Assembly: GCA_964016885.1 (NCBI GenBank)
Contig: OZ024740.1
Location: forward strand, 323,268,001 to 323,332,000
Reading direction: 5' to 3'
DNA: 64,000 nt
Origin: Eledone cirrhosa
Lineage: Eukaryota
The position numbers and the translations under genes were made by a program. Below, in pieces: positions 1-14,730 of the stretch. The first letter of the stretch is position 1; every line of letters begins with the position of its first letter. The notes beneath the pieces are model-generated. The model was not told where the DNA came from and ran no database searches. It saw only the letters and a program-made list of their open reading frames with translations.

Positions 1-394
1 AATCATACTGAAACGAATGGCCGACGTTTCTAGTGATGAGATATAAAACGACAATAGCAAGTATAAAAGAAATATTTAGTTGAAAGATATCTCAACCGAC
101 TCGGCCAATGATAACAGACAGCGTATTGGCGGTCATTTTGTTTTGGGTGTTTTATTTAATTCGTTTTTAACGTGTAAAAATATCAGAAACATAAACGTCA
201 TTATCTACGGAATCTGACTGCTGTGAACTTCGCGCCTAAAACTCGTTAAACGATGTGCCTATTTATTTCATTGTTGGGAAATTATCTAGAACAATACAGC
301 CATTGTATGTAGCAAGATGGCTTTAGTGCGAACTATATCTAAAGGAGATCTATCTCTCTTTCTCTCTCGCATTCTTTATATATATATACATATA

Positions 395-1000
395 TGGTGG
401 CTGCCAACTCGTTTTCGAGTACGGCCACTACTTTATATCCATGTAGGAGAACCCCTACCGATGCGCTGAACGAGTGTGACTTTTTAGTCCAGCCAGCGAC
501 TTGAAAACTCTGGTACAAACACTACACTTGTGACAATTATTGACACATAGTGCTGGGCCCATGGTACCATGTGACGACAAGTGCAGAGAGATCTCCAGAT
601 ATAAAGCAATGCCTGTGCCGTGAAGCCTTTATAGTGAGCAAAGGCACTGCACAAAGCCAGTCCCACTCTCTTAACCAAGATGATATTTACCAAAAAGAAG
701 AACAAGTTAACATCATTGGATACCATCAGGGTTGCAGGTGTTATATCAGAGTTTTCCTTCTAGAATTCTGCATGACAAAGGCTAAGGGGTAATCTCTCCC
801 GGTGATTTTGGATGGCCATTGACTCTTAAGAGCTCCTTTGTCCTTTGACAGGTTTTGTTTTTAGTCCTGCAGGATGTCCAAAGTCACCCTCCTCACCAAG
901 AAACCTTGGTGGGGTTGCCAGTTTAGTCGCCAACGACCCGACCATGAGACAGGTCGTACTGGGATACATGTTACCAGTAGCATCAACTGGTGACCTGACA
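395..1000 (-). mobile_element. Non-autonomous bipartite RTE-derived retroelement (RTE-like 5' leader joined to RTE 3' end), copy 1
   Basis: High identity to 21957-22500 in inverted orientation. 455-532 (minus) reads [25 protein letters not shown], a terminal C2H2 finger typical of RTE ORF ends. Ends in a TA/TATG tail. Confidence 0.7.
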
Positions 1001-1013
1001 TATATATACATAC

Positions 1014-1066
<53 letters not shown>

Positions 1067-1072
1067 CGTATG

Positions 1073-1158
<86 letters not shown>

Positions 1159-1328
1159 ATGTACACACATATACGTAATACACACAAATACATATACACA
1201 TGTGTACGCCTTTGTTATGTGTAGGTGTTTTCGTCGTTCGTGTTTACACACGCGCATACACACGCATACACTCACACATAAACATGCATATATGCGTATG
1301 CATATGTATGTGTATATATATATAATCA

Positions 1329-1376
<48 letters not shown>

Positions 1377-1448
1377 ACACCAACACATATATACACTAGC
1401 AATTACACGATTAAACGGGAAAAAAATCTACTTCGACATATATGCACG

Positions 1449-1770
1449 GAGGCAACATGATCGAATTGTTTAGAGGTTAGGTTCGCAATCATTAGGGCCA
1501 GGGTTCGATCCCACTGTGTAGCATTCCGGGCACGTATCATATAGCGTGCCCTTGGGATAACGCATAATTTGTGAGTAAAATTGTGTAGGGGTAACTCTGT
1601 AAGAAGTTCATCGGATGCACAGAACCTAAAATTTATTTGGCCACTCTTGTCCCGCTAATCTCCCTGAGAATGATATTATGTTTATACGTGTCTATAGAAT
1701 GCTCATTTGTTTCATGAGTAGACTGTTCATTTGATAGAACAACTGGAAAGCATAATTGAAACCGACGGAG
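1449..1770 (+). mobile_element. Decayed tRNA-derived SINE (second family)
   Basis: B-box-like GGTTCGATCCC near 1502; body similar to 41756-41940. Confidence 0.5.
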
Positions 1771-2735
1771 GTCGGTTTCTTCCTAAGTATACTTTGTAAG
1801 TATATGTGTGGAATTTGTCGAGGGAATACGTGACATTAAGCATGTGTGTGCAAGATATTGTCAGTTTATTTCCAGTCAGAGTTATACTTCATTATATAGA
1901 TAACAATAACACACTGTGAAATGTTCCAGTCCAATTGACATGCGTTTCATGCTGGCATTGGCATGTTTTTCTTTGTAGGACCCAGATCACGCCAAAATTA
2001 ACGGATCTATGATCTAAGTCATTCCACATTATTAAGGCATGGCATTTATGTGTGTACCAGTAACTCCTTGGGTAGTTGCAGGGTCACCCTAGAGACATAT
2101 GGTTTTACTTGGGCATTCTTTTAAATTTAGCAGATCCCGTACCTTCCTCAGACCTGAAAGAAATCAACTCGATTTCTTTCAGAGGAGGAAAGAGAATGGT
2201 AGAGAGGAAGTTAGGTGGGATATAGAGGAAGAATCGTCCCGTGGGATATAGAGGAAGAATCGTCTGGTACATCTTTTTATTGAACTCGAAAGGATGAAAG
2301 ACGAAAGTGATCCCGGTGGAATTTGAACTCAGAAAGCAGAACCGGCACGAATCCTATCCAACGTTCTAACGATTCTCCCAATTCACTGCAAGGCGTAGCG
2401 TGTCTCGGTTTGTATTGTTCATTGTTTTTGTTTCTTTCAAGAAAGTGGCAGTGGATTTAGCTATTATTTCTAGCAAATCAAACTTCCACGTAGCTGTTCA
2501 TTCATATTTTGATAGGCAAAAGATGAATTTAACACCGACATTAAAGTTATTTCAGGTTTTGTGATATAGGTTGTGCTGTGCACATATATATCCATAAATA
2601 AACAAACATTTATATATACATGTACACACACACACACTATATATATACACGTATATACATAGAAACACACACACGCACACACAAACACACATACATGTAT
2701 GGATATATATATACATATATACACATACACACACA

Positions 2736-2797
<62 letters not shown>

Positions 2798-2852
2798 CAT
2801 ATATATATATATACACACACACACACATATATATATAAATATATATATATAT

Positions 2853-2997
<145 letters not shown>

Positions 2998-3574
2998 CAT
3001 ATATGTATATATTCATATATACATGTCTTGTGAAGCATAACACCGTGATACTTCCTCTTCTAACATACAATAAACAATCCAATATTTGTGTTGCAACATT
3101 ATAGTAACCGCTTGCTTGTTGCTATATTTATTTCATCTCTAGAAAGCCATTTAAACCTCTACCGTTGATAACTATCTCATCCATCCGCCCAGTACTAACT
3201 CTCCTGACCACACCCTATACACCTTACCCTAACCATTACACCCTAACCACACAACCACACCTAAAACACCCCCCACAAAACCACAACATCCTAACCACTC
3301 AACCACACAATATTGTTATTCTCCATATAATCCCGACCCCCCTTCCCCCACTACTTCCAAATGATTAATCCAGTTCGTGTTGGGTGGCCACTACCGAATT
3401 TAAAACAGATGGTGGAAAAAATGAAATAAGACACTATACCTTTAGCTAACAAATGAAATACTCAAAAACCATTGGCTGAGACAAAAACAGAGAATACACT
3501 CGTGTTTGTCTGTCTGTTTCTCTGTCTGTCTGCCTGTCTGCCTGTCTTCTATACATGTCTATTGGCAGTGGTGT

Positions 3575-3900
3575 GCATGCCTGATTATGTGTGCCAATGT
3601 GTGTGTGTGTGTGTAAGTGCCAATGTGTATGTGTGTGCTAGTATGAATGCCTACCTGTATGAATGTGTGCCTGTATCTATTTTGTGTGCGTGTGTGTATG
3701 TATATATGTGCCTATATGTATGTGTGTGTGCCAATGTGTATATGTGTGCTAGTATGAATGCCTGGCTGTATGAAGGTGTGCTTGTGTCTGTATTTTGGGC
3801 GTGTGTGTGTATGTGTGCCAATGTGCATGTGTGTGCTAGTATGAATGCCTGCCTGTATGAATGTGTGCCTGTATCTTTATTGCGTGTGTGTGTATGTTTG
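3575..3900. repeat. Three tandem ~100-110 bp GT-rich units
   Basis: gtgccaatgtg..tgtgtgctagtatgaatgcct..ctgtatga occurs three times. Confidence 0.75.
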
Positions 3901-4289
3901 TACATATATTTGTGTGTCTGTGTGCTGTGGACAGAGGCAGCATGGCAAAATGTTGAAGAAGTTTGCTTCACAAGGAGTAGATCCCACGTTCGACCCTACT
4001 GTGTGGCATCATGTTGAATTCCATTACAAGTATACTGAGAATTGCATTACAATTATACGTCCCTGTAGAATGCTCAGGTAATGCAGATAAACATTAATTT
4101 CACGACCAGAATACTCTGTTGATCTAACAGCTGGAACGTTCATCGCCGAAACTGATGGAGTCTCATCGTGTGTCTGTATGAGCATAGATCGGAAAGATTA
4201 TTATACTTACATAGCCATTAGGTTTTTATGCCAGCAAAAATGATCAACATTGACCATTGACTAACATCAGTAAATGTTAAAGCATATTA

Positions 4290-4640
4290 GCATATAGGAA
4301 AGTATTGAAGTTTGCTTGAAGCATTGTGGAATAATAAGATTTTTCTTTGCGGGGAGGGGGGGGGCTTCGTTTTGGAAGCATCAACAATGCAGATGGGTAA
4401 ATCTCCGGGTAACAGAATCCGGTGGTGAAGAGAGAGATGTAAGGGAATGTAGAATTAGATGTATATTGTGTAGGGGAACGTAGGAAAGAATGTAAACAAT
4501 AAAAATAATAACACGAGATAGAGTTACCTTGGGAGAGATTTAATTGTCCCTATATTTCGGATTCGCATCCATCAACTGGGGGGTTATCCGGATAGGGGGG
4601 GTTCTCTGTCGGAGAGGAACGGTACGCGTTCTCTGCTGTC
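4290..4640 (-). mobile_element. Short Penelope-like repeat with a variant hammerhead-like motif (same family as 46060-46500)
   Basis: Aligns with 46060-46330 and the tail at 46460-46500. 4548-4581 (minus) reads ccc-CAGTTGA-T-GGAT-gcga-ATCC-GAAA-TATA-ggg. Confidence 0.55.
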
Positions 4641-4905
4641 TGCTGTTTGTGACTAACAATTATATTTTGACGGTTTAATTCTTTATTAACTTTCATTTGT
4701 TCAATCTAAAATAAAAAATAATACAAGTGCCTATTCAAAGTTGGTAATATTTAAAATCTAGACTCCAACAAAATCTATACTGTTAGAAATATACCCACTT
4801 GAAACGTGTCCCAATTTACCTGTTACATCATTTATATATATATAGGAAAAGAGCCAGGATACCTACGGCTGAGCTGCGGCCGTTTCGACAGCTAGATCCG
4901 AATGG

Positions 4906-4969
<64 letters not shown>

Positions 4970-5082
4970 TAAGAAGTTGACGGACCCAACATAGTTACCA
5001 ATGCCAGTAATGGTTGCATCTCAGCGTACTCAATAGGTAATGTAAAATACGCTCCCAGAGTATACACGTAGTTATTCGGGTA

Positions 5083-5129
<47 letters not shown>

Positions 5130-5212
5130 AAAAATTGAACAGGGACAGAACAGAGAGGCAGTACGACAAATGTTTATTAGATTCACGCTCAGGAGAGTGG
5201 GGGGTAGGTGGA

Positions 5213-5250
5213 GGACGACGTTTCGGGCATAAGCCCTTCTTCAGGTAAGA
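5213..5250 (-). ncRNA. Minimal hammerhead ribozyme (Penelope pLTR type)
   Basis: Minus strand: CTGAAGA-A-GGGC-ttat-GCCC-GAAAC-GTC-GTC. Canonical core, perfect stem II, palindromic ACGT at stem III; stem I weak. Confidence 0.75.
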
Positions 5251-6189
5251 GTTCAAAAGGTGTGTAGGGGAGTGGTGGAGAGACATATAGCGAAAGGAAA
5301 CGGTGCGAATGATATATATATATATAGTCTGAAAGACCGAGGCTAATTACTAATGTTTTGTGGGTGGTAGATGTGTATATTTTACAAGATCTTTTTTATT
5401 GGGTAAAGTAAGAAATTCTGATTATATTCTATAATCCGTATGGTTTACTTTACAATTTTACAGTTAATTACATACACAGAAATAGAGAAGATATAAAAAA
5501 AAAATTATCTGTTCGATATAAAAATCAAATGATAGTGATGTAGTTGTGTGTGTGTGTCCCTTTGTCTCCTCCTGGCCCCAATATTTTTAGACCCAATCCG
5601 CCAATGTATATATATAAAGAATATCTCGAATTCATTATCCTGTAAATAGCTCAGCGGAAGTAAGATTCGAAAAAAACCCATTCCAGAGCACAATTGTACA
5701 AGAACATTACCGAGAACTGCTATATTATATATTGCTATACATATGACAAGGTACAAAATCAATCAGTCAGAATATAAAGATATTACTGTCAGTACTTGTT
5801 ATATATATAAACTATACGTTCGTTCACGGGTGTGTTTCTCCGTGGCGAAAAGAAATCATTTTAAAAATTATAGTTTTGATTATATTTAAATACATAGAAA
5901 TATTTCAAATATATTGCTAACGTAGAAATATTTATTAAACACAAATTATCGTTTGAAGTAAGTAGATATTTACTGACTGTATATAATTTGGCTGGTGGTA
6001 ACTGTACTTAAAATCGATTGTCAGAGCAGTACTGCGGGTAGTGATTTTTATAAGCTATACAGTAGTGATATATATAAGCTATACAGTAGGGTTTATTCCA
6101 AGTATTAACAAATGTTTCATTGGTCCGGTGTGTCTAAAAATCACTATATATATATATTTCTTTAGTAAAAAAAATACGGTGAAAGCTTC

Positions 6190-6242
<53 letters not shown>

Positions 6243-6266
6243 AACGAATAGGACCCCGACCTTCGT

Positions 6267-6337
<71 letters not shown>

Positions 6338-6340
6338 CCA

Positions 6341-6411
<71 letters not shown>

Positions 6412-6523
6412 ATATATATTCGCAGCTTTCACCGTATTTTACTAAAGAAATTTTAGTCAAAAAATACAGTGAAAACTTCTATTTTCTAATTTCAAACTTG
6501 CTCGCTGTTTCAAAACATACTTA

Positions 6524-6627
<104 letters not shown>

Positions 6628-6639
6628 CTGTAGGCAGAT

Positions 6640-6926
6640 TAAATATCATTCTATCTCTGGTGAGATTCAAATGAAACATTAAAACACTCAGCTACATCAA
6701 TTATTTTCACTCTGATATATATTGATGTTTGTTTAGAATAAAACAACACGGTGATGGTTGCCCTGAGTTGCGAAAATTGCTTTAATTTCAAGCAAATATA
6801 AAACAAATAAAAAAAAGAACCCTGTTTACTGTTCCATTAATGGATCGTACTTGCAATTTCCTAACTAGTCGTGTTCTTTGTGTTTCTGTGAAGCCCAACT
6901 CCTCAAGATTTGTATTGAGCCAGTCT

Positions 6927-6930
<4 letters not shown>
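6640..6930 (-). mobile_element. 3' fragment of an R4-like RLE LINE (second family)
   Basis: Translates LDWLNTNLEELGFTETQRTRLVRKLQVRSINGTV, similar to the C-terminus of the 18259-20817 ORF and to 17956-18168. Confidence 0.75.
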
Positions 6931-6979
<49 letters not shown>

Positions 6980-6982
<3 letters not shown>

Positions 6983-7363
6983 GTTATTCCGGGTTGAATC
7001 GGAGGTAATCACAGTAAGTAAGGTACTCAATACATTGCAGAGTATAAAAGTTTTAATATAGATGAGATTCTACAGGACTAGAACTGTTTCATTCTTTAGA
7101 AATCATCAGAAATCTGGGTATCAAAAAATAAATATGGTATTTATAGGTCTCTACAAGTGGTAGGAGAGGGTGGGGAGTGGGATGGGTGTAGGTCATTGGT
7201 TGATAGAAAAGGGAATTCATTAAAAGGTAATTCTACAAAGCTATAGTTTATTTTTATAAATTTTTGTTTTTAGATTAAATACCATATTTATTTTTTGATA
7301 CCCAGATTCCTGATGATTTCTAAAGAATGAAACAGTTCTAGTCCTGTAGAATCTCATCTATAT
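6980..7363. mobile_element. Inverted-duplicated Penelope-like element with two hammerheads and a tail
   Basis: Arms 7057-7143 and 7277-7363. Plus strand 7304-7354: agattc-CTGATGA-tttc-taaa-gaat-GAAAC-agttcta-GTC-ctgta-gaatct. Tail 6981-7056 recurs at 13415-13490 and 46890-46955. Confidence 0.8.
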
Positions 7364-8306
7364 ATATAAAACTGTGGTTGTCTGTCTGTCTATCGATTTT
7401 TGGCACACATCTCCTCTTAGAATCTCTCACGGAATTGCACCGAAATTGCTATACTTGTACATTGAGCCCTAGCGAAGACATCGGAAAAAAAAAATTTCAA
7501 ATTCACCCACCCTATGTGACGAAATCGAATATAATGTATCGATTTTTGAGCGTAAGTTATCAGTTATTTCCCTTTGTTCTGTTTACATTGAGCGTCTTAC
7601 GTAAAAAATTACGCTGGCTTTAACAGTTGTCGAGCCAGCAAAATATTGACCTGCAAAATTCATCAGTTCGAACACTAAGCTTCCGTTTTGCTTCATTTCC
7701 ATTTAAAAGCATTTTAAAACAATATTTTTACTTGAAAACAAGTCTATTTAAAGACTACGTAAAACAAGTAAATATTTCGTCGTTAGGCGTGCAGACAGAC
7801 AGTCGTGCAGACAGACAGTCGTGCAGAGAGGTGATATACGCGTGCAGACAGATAGTCGTGCAGAGAGGTGACATAGGCGTGCAGACAGACAGTCGTGCAG
7901 AGAGGTGATATAGGCGTGCAGACAGACAGTCGTGCAGAGAGGTGATATAGGCGTGCAGACAGATAGTCGTGCAGAGAGGTGATATAGGCGTGCAGACAGA
8001 CATAACTGATAATTTGGTTACGCTAATGTTTTTCTCTGCGTTGCAGTGTTTACATTTTCGATCTTTGTTAATAAATAACCAGTGCAGTTTCTATCCCCAG
8101 CATCCTCTTTTGTTATAACATTCGGGTTATCGTTATGTTTTCTTAACTTCATAAGGCATATTGTTGGTTGAGGGAATATTAATCAAAAACACCACATGCA
8201 AGTCTGCACAGTAGACACTACAGTTTTTAATCCAAGAAAGAAACTTAACATTGTAACTTTAACACAGCTACTGAGCGACCCCGAGCAACGCCGGGCTTTA
8301 CTGCTA
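7357..8306 (+). mobile_element. Non-autonomous Helitron, copy 1
   Basis: 5' TCTATATATATAAAAC..GTCTGTCTGTC; 3' hairpin CCCGAGCAACGCCGGG followed by a degenerate CTAG end. Confidence 0.65.
7787..8001. repeat. ~37 bp minisatellite inside the Helitron
   Basis: gtgcagacagacagtcgtgcagagaggtgatataggc, about 5-6 units. Confidence 0.85.
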
Positions 8307-9001
8307 TCTATAATCTATAAAGCTCAGTGTGTGGTCATGCTCCTTCGTTATAGAAATCCACGATATAGAATTTCTTCAATTGAAATTTACAATTCAGTAT
8401 TTGAAATAGTTTCGATTGCGTCTTGACGCAGATAATTTTTTCAATTTCACCCACAATTACGCAAAAAATAGATAAAACTCAATATTTTACGATTTTTCTC
8501 TCTCGAACTCTTTCTACTACCATTCAAAATCTATACAACTTCATACTTTCTGCTACTTTCTCTTTCCAAGCTTGATGGTGATACTGTCCGTTCACACCAC
8601 TCCCTACTGTCTTAAATTTAGAAAACACATATCCTCTATGAGGTCACTAAACCTGCTAGAAACAACAGCTAACTCTCCCTCATATCACAACCCTCCCTAC
8701 TGTCTTAAATTTAGAAAACACACAGACAACCATGCAGAACAACTCCATCGCAGCTCTGTTGTTCGGCTGGCATCGTCTACGCGCGTGTTGCGCAAGTACT
8801 GTGAAACAATAAATTTCAACACTTTTCTTGCACAGACATAATATCCATAGGCGAAACTACAATTGTCACTGCTTGCGCAGCTCAGGTCTGCAATTCATTC
8901 ACCCAGTGCCTGGCAGACAAAAAAGTGCTGCCATAAAATGGGTGGTGCAACCTAACTTTGGTAACTTAATGACCCCGAGCAACGCCGGGCTTTAATGCTT
9001 G
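8307..9001 (+). mobile_element. Non-autonomous Helitron, copy 2 (head-to-tail with copy 1)
   Basis: Starts TCTATAATCTATAAAG; has the same 3' hairpin GACCCCGAGCAACGCCGGGCTTTA; ends CTTG. Confidence 0.6.
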
Positions 9002-9011
9002 TCTATATTAA

Positions 9012-9266
<255 letters not shown>

Positions 9267-9335
9267 TATATATGTATATTTAAAGCAACAGAAACCCGGA
9301 CTGGAAATGTCCCTTTAAAGTTTTGATGCTGCAAA

Positions 9336-9397
9336 GAACACTATATATATATTCCGTTGGCCTGAATATGTAATGCCTTGTCAACATCTTCAGGTTC
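9336..9397 (-). ncRNA. Degenerate hammerhead ribozyme
   Basis: gaac-CTGAAGA-T-GTTG...CAAC-GGAA-TATATATATA-gt-gttc; GAAA is mutated to GGAA. Confidence 0.5.
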
Positions 9398-9589
9398 GGA
9401 TTGCTTAATTAATTAATCAATAACAGGAATTACGGAAAACACAAACAGAAAATAGAAAATATATTTGATTCGCAGATGGCCCGAGAATTCTATGTTATGT
9501 TGCGGCAGACCATCTTATATATATTTTACTCTTTTACCTGTTCCAGCCATCTGGCTGAGGCCATGCTGGGGCACCGCCCTTGTTGCTAC

Positions 9590-9843
9590 ACGTTTTATAT
9601 CCAGCCTGTGTTGGCTGGCCCTTGGTATAAGAGGGAGTTCGTTGGTGCTGCCCATAGGTTACCATCGTATCGTGCTGTGGTCTCATCCGGGATCCTGGTA
9701 TAGCAGAGTGTCGAGATGTTTCTTGAAAACATCCACGTCTACACCATGCAGATCTCTCAAATTTTTTGTCAGCTTGTTAAAGAGTTGAGAGCCTTTGAAC
9801 CCCAGGTTATTGCAATATTCTAGGTGTGAAAGACATTTGGCAC

Positions 9844-9847
<4 letters not shown>
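9590..9847 (-). mobile_element. CR1-group LINE 3' fragment
   Basis: Translates NNLGFKGSQLFNKLTKNLRDLHGVDVDVFKKHLDTLL, resembling the CR1 C-terminal LFNxLP...FKxxLD pattern. Confidence 0.65.
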
Positions 9848-9923
<76 letters not shown>

Positions 9924-9964
9924 TTCAAAATATTAACAAAAATAGACATTCGGGTGATCAACCA

Positions 9965-10031
9965 TATTTTATTATACGTATTTCAGAGGTACTGAGCTAT
10001 CTTCAACAGTACGTCCTCATCAGATAAAATA
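9965..10031 (-). ncRNA. Type I hammerhead ribozyme
   Basis: tattttat-CTGATGA-GG-ac-GTACTG..CAGTAC-ctct-GAAA-TACGTA-ta-ataaaata; intact core, stem I, palindromic stem III. Confidence 0.75.
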
Positions 10032-10101
10032 AGATGATGCATGACATACCCTGACTAAGTAGATGGGTAAAATTCAGTCATGGCAGTGACTGTTTAACCT
10101 T

Positions 10102-10138
<37 letters not shown>

Positions 10139-10142
<4 letters not shown>

Positions 10143-10571
10143 ATAAACGGAATAGAAAATGCTGACAAATTGTTCACAGTTGAAAAATGGTTTAATTAGG
10201 AATAAAAGAGTATTAGTGATTGTATGGGTTAGTATTCAGTTGTGGTTTTAAGTTTTTAAGTTTTTACCGGTTGCGCATTTCTAAATGCTTTTCAAAAATA
10301 ATTTTGAGATAGAGTGTCCGTGCTGTTTGCTTTGCTCAGATCAGAGCAAACAGCACGGACACTCTATCTCAAAATTATTTTTGAAAAGCATTTAGAAATG
10401 CGCAACCGGTAAAAACTTAAAAACTTAAAACCACAACTGAATACTAACCCATACAATCACTAATACTCTTTTATTCCTAATTAAACCATTTTTCAACTGT
10501 GAACAATTTGTCAGCATTTTCTATTCCGTTTACCAATATATAATAACTTGTGTGTTACACCTCTATTCTTT

Positions 10572-10575
<4 letters not shown>
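10139..10575. mobile_element. ~400 bp near-perfect hairpin element with U3:A8-type hammerhead-like motifs
   Basis: Arms ~10139-10333 and 10341-10540 with a ~7 nt loop; TTGAAAA-GCATT-taga-AATGC-GCAA-CCGGTA in both arms; flanked by (TA)n. Confidence 0.75.
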
Positions 10576-10612
<37 letters not shown>

Positions 10613-10746
10613 AGAAAGTGAGATTTTTTTGACCAAATGAAAAATAACCGTGGTGTCCTACACGAGTGAAAGTATAAGGAAAAAAGATGAAATCGAAAAT
10701 GCAACTGGAGTCTTTTTTTGAAAAATATATATATTTATTTGGTTCC

Positions 10747-10782
10747 TTTACCGGTTTCGTAGTTCTTCTGCTTTTCAAAAGT
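10747..10782 (-). ncRNA. Hammerhead-like motif, U3:A8 variant
   Basis: TTGAAAA-GCAG-aagaa-CTAC-GAAA-CCGGTA. Confidence 0.55.
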
Positions 10783-10819
10783 AGAGTTGAGACGGAGGGT
10801 CTGTGATTTTTCTCACATC

Positions 10820-10881
<62 letters not shown>

Positions 10882-10884
10882 GTA

Positions 10885-11077
10885 TATCTGCTTGACCCGA
10901 AATAGGAGATCGAATCTTCGCTGTGTGGATGATTAGTTTAACCACCATCTCAGTGTGTTTGGCCTTTAACGTAAGTTGTAAGCTCTAATTCATTTGAATT
11001 ATAGAGCGCTTGCCTCACAATTCGAAAGTGCTTTCTCGTTATTTCATGGGCTGAAATTCGATTCTCGCTAATTTTTA

Positions 11078-11080
<3 letters not shown>
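10885..11080 (-). mobile_element. Solo diverged copy of the 14726-15048 repeat
   Basis: Shares ggccaaacacactgagatggtggttaaa and gcgagaatcg.atttcagc. Confidence 0.7.
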
Positions 11081-11969
<889 letters not shown>

Positions 11970-12932
11970 GTGTGTATATGAGATAATGTGACTTTCGTTA
12001 GAAGGTATATATATATCATATAAACAACCACAAAAAAACATAGTCGAGGCACTTATATACCCTATCATTTATAGATGTATACTGAAACAGACGTACTAAC
12101 CTGCATATTATTAGCACTTAATCTAAAAAGCTGAAGTTTTTAGATTAGGTTAAAGTCTTGTCTGTATATACTCTATACTCAGAATACTGTTAACCAGCGT
12201 AACTGAGTATATATATATATATATACATAGTTGTGTGTGTGTGTGTGAATGCGTGTGCGTGTGTGTGCGTGTGCGTGTGCGTGTGTGTCTGTTTGTGTGT
12301 ATATATATACATGTATATATATATATGTGGGTGTGGGTGTGTGCGTGTGTTTTTGTGTGTGTTTGTGTATATGTGTTAAGTTGTACAAATGTGTAGATGT
12401 ATGTGTATGTGTATGTAAGCTAAATTATACTTACGAGAATCCAGGTGCTGCTTGACTAAAGAATTCCTCCCACATCTGATTGCAGTATAAAAATATGAAT
12501 ATATGGACACAAATGAAAGAAAAAGGGGGTGACGGAAGTAAATTCACATCTATCTTATACAACTGTCATTCTACGCTACTGGAGTATTTCATCAACCTCC
12601 GGTATATCACACAGAATGTCAATCAATCCTAGTCGACGATTAGAACTCGTGTCCTGCACAACACCTTCCCCTCTCGCTTCATTCTTTACATATAACTGGT
12701 GAGTTTAGAGAAGCCAAATAATATAATTTATACACGGTACTTTATTATGTATATATGTATGTGATGAATATGTTGACGGCTAACGGTGTTGATGAATTGA
12801 TGAATACCTTGTGTATTCATACAAGTATACAAATATGCGTACACATATATGGATAGGTATTAGTGTGTATGTATATATATATATATATATATTTATAGAT
12901 ATATGTATGCACACACACACACACACACACAT

Positions 12933-13005
<73 letters not shown>

Positions 13006-13147
13006 GAGAGAGAGAGAGAGAGGAGGAGAAGGAAAGATAGATGTATTCGTATGTTTGTATCAGGTCTCTCTCTCTATATATATATATATACTCTTTTACT
13101 CTTTTACCTGCTCCAGCCATCCGACTGAGGCCGTGCTGAGGCATATA

Positions 13148-13229
<82 letters not shown>

Positions 13230-13299
13230 CAGATATGTCCCAAGGCTCTGATACCATCAACACTATACACACAGAGCTGGCATATCTAAGAACTGACTA

Positions 13300-13355
13300 A
13301 CTGCCTGATGAGGTCATAGCCATTCAATGGCTATCATCGAAATATATATAGCAGT
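13300..13355 (+). ncRNA. Type I hammerhead ribozyme
   Basis: actgc-CTGATGA-ggtc-ATAGCCA-ttcaa-TGGCTAT-catc-GAAA-TATATATA-gcagt; homologue at 37169-37223. Confidence 0.8.
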
Positions 13356-13488
13356 GAATAAAAGATTATGAGTTCATGCAATTGACTTATGTTTCGTCAC
13401 TATATATATATATATTAAAACTTTTATACTCTGCCATGTATTGAGTACCTTACTCACTGTGGTTACCTCCGATTCAACCCGGAATAAC

Positions 13489-13537
<49 letters not shown>

Positions 13538-13680
13538 ATTAGTGAAATCTGGTTATATGTACTATGTATGGTGCTAACAATTAATATTTAATTGTTGGCA
13601 TATGCATGTACTGTTGTAACCGTATTGAAACGGGCGTAGAAATTAAATAATGAATTCAAGTTGTTGGCTTGGGTCTTTTG

Positions 13681-13772
<92 letters not shown>

Positions 13773-14087
13773 TTATATATATATTCAAAGTCATTTTCAA
13801 GTAAATATTCTGCTCCAGCTTGGCCTCAGAAATGGCATAACCATCTGTGTGGGTGTTTATGTATGTATGTATGTATTTATCTATATATGTATATCTATCT
13901 TTTTATCGCTCACTTTCCATCCCCACACACTCTCTCTCTCTCTATATATATAGGAAAAGAGTCAGGACCCCGAAGGCTAAGTTGCGGCCGTTTCGACAGC
14001 TAGATTCAAAGGTGTCAAAATTATTAGTAATGGTATATCGTACAATGGCCATATCGATAACCAGTAGCTATCATATATATATATATA

Positions 14088-14648
14088 TTTCGTTTCTGAA
14101 TTTGTTTAGCAAGATTCTTTATCAGAAAACGTGTGTTGAAATCGATATTGTTATGCTTTGGGAGGGTCATGTTGCCAATAAGAAACACGCGCACCAGTAG
14201 GCTTCACTCCAATTTATTATAAGTTAAATTTATAAATTTAAGAATTTATAAATTTCCGGTTGGTTGGTTGGTTCCACAACCGAACGGTTGTACATATATT
14301 GTCAAAGTTCTTTCGTCACACATTCTGTGACCTCTTCAGTGACTGGGGATTCTTTTCTTTGTTTTTGTGCCTCTCCTTTGTTCTGTCCTACGCCAACAAG
14401 ATGGCGTAGGACAGAACAAAGGAGAGGCACAAAAACAAAGAAAAGAATCCCCAGTCACTGAAGAGGTCACAGAATGTGTGACGAAAGAACTTTGACAATA
14501 TATGTACAACCGTCCGGTTGTGGAACCAACCAACCGGGAATTTATAAATTCTTAAATTTATAAATTTAACTTATAATAAATTAGAGTGAAAGCAACTGGT
14601 GCGTGTGTTTCTTATTGGCAACATGACCCTCCCAAAGCATAACAATAT
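14088..14648. mobile_element. Palindromic Penelope-like element with two hammerheads (14301-14343 minus; 14454-14496 plus)
   Basis: ~250 bp arms 14145-14395 and 14402-14648; gtca-CTGAAGA-G-GTCAC-agaatgt-GTGAC-GAAA-GAACTT-tgac; ~57 bp tail at left; second copy at 30113-30764. Confidence 0.85.
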
Positions 14649-14694
14649 ATATATATATAGTCCAGAAATAGCCGTCGAAACGGCTTGAGCTCTT

Positions 14695-14725
<31 letters not shown>

Positions 14726-14730
<5 letters not shown>

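Noticed and set aside
12550-12600. Possible hammerhead remnant on the minus strand (TTGATGA..GACAGTTGTA)
   Set aside because: GAAA is missing and the stems are unconvincing.
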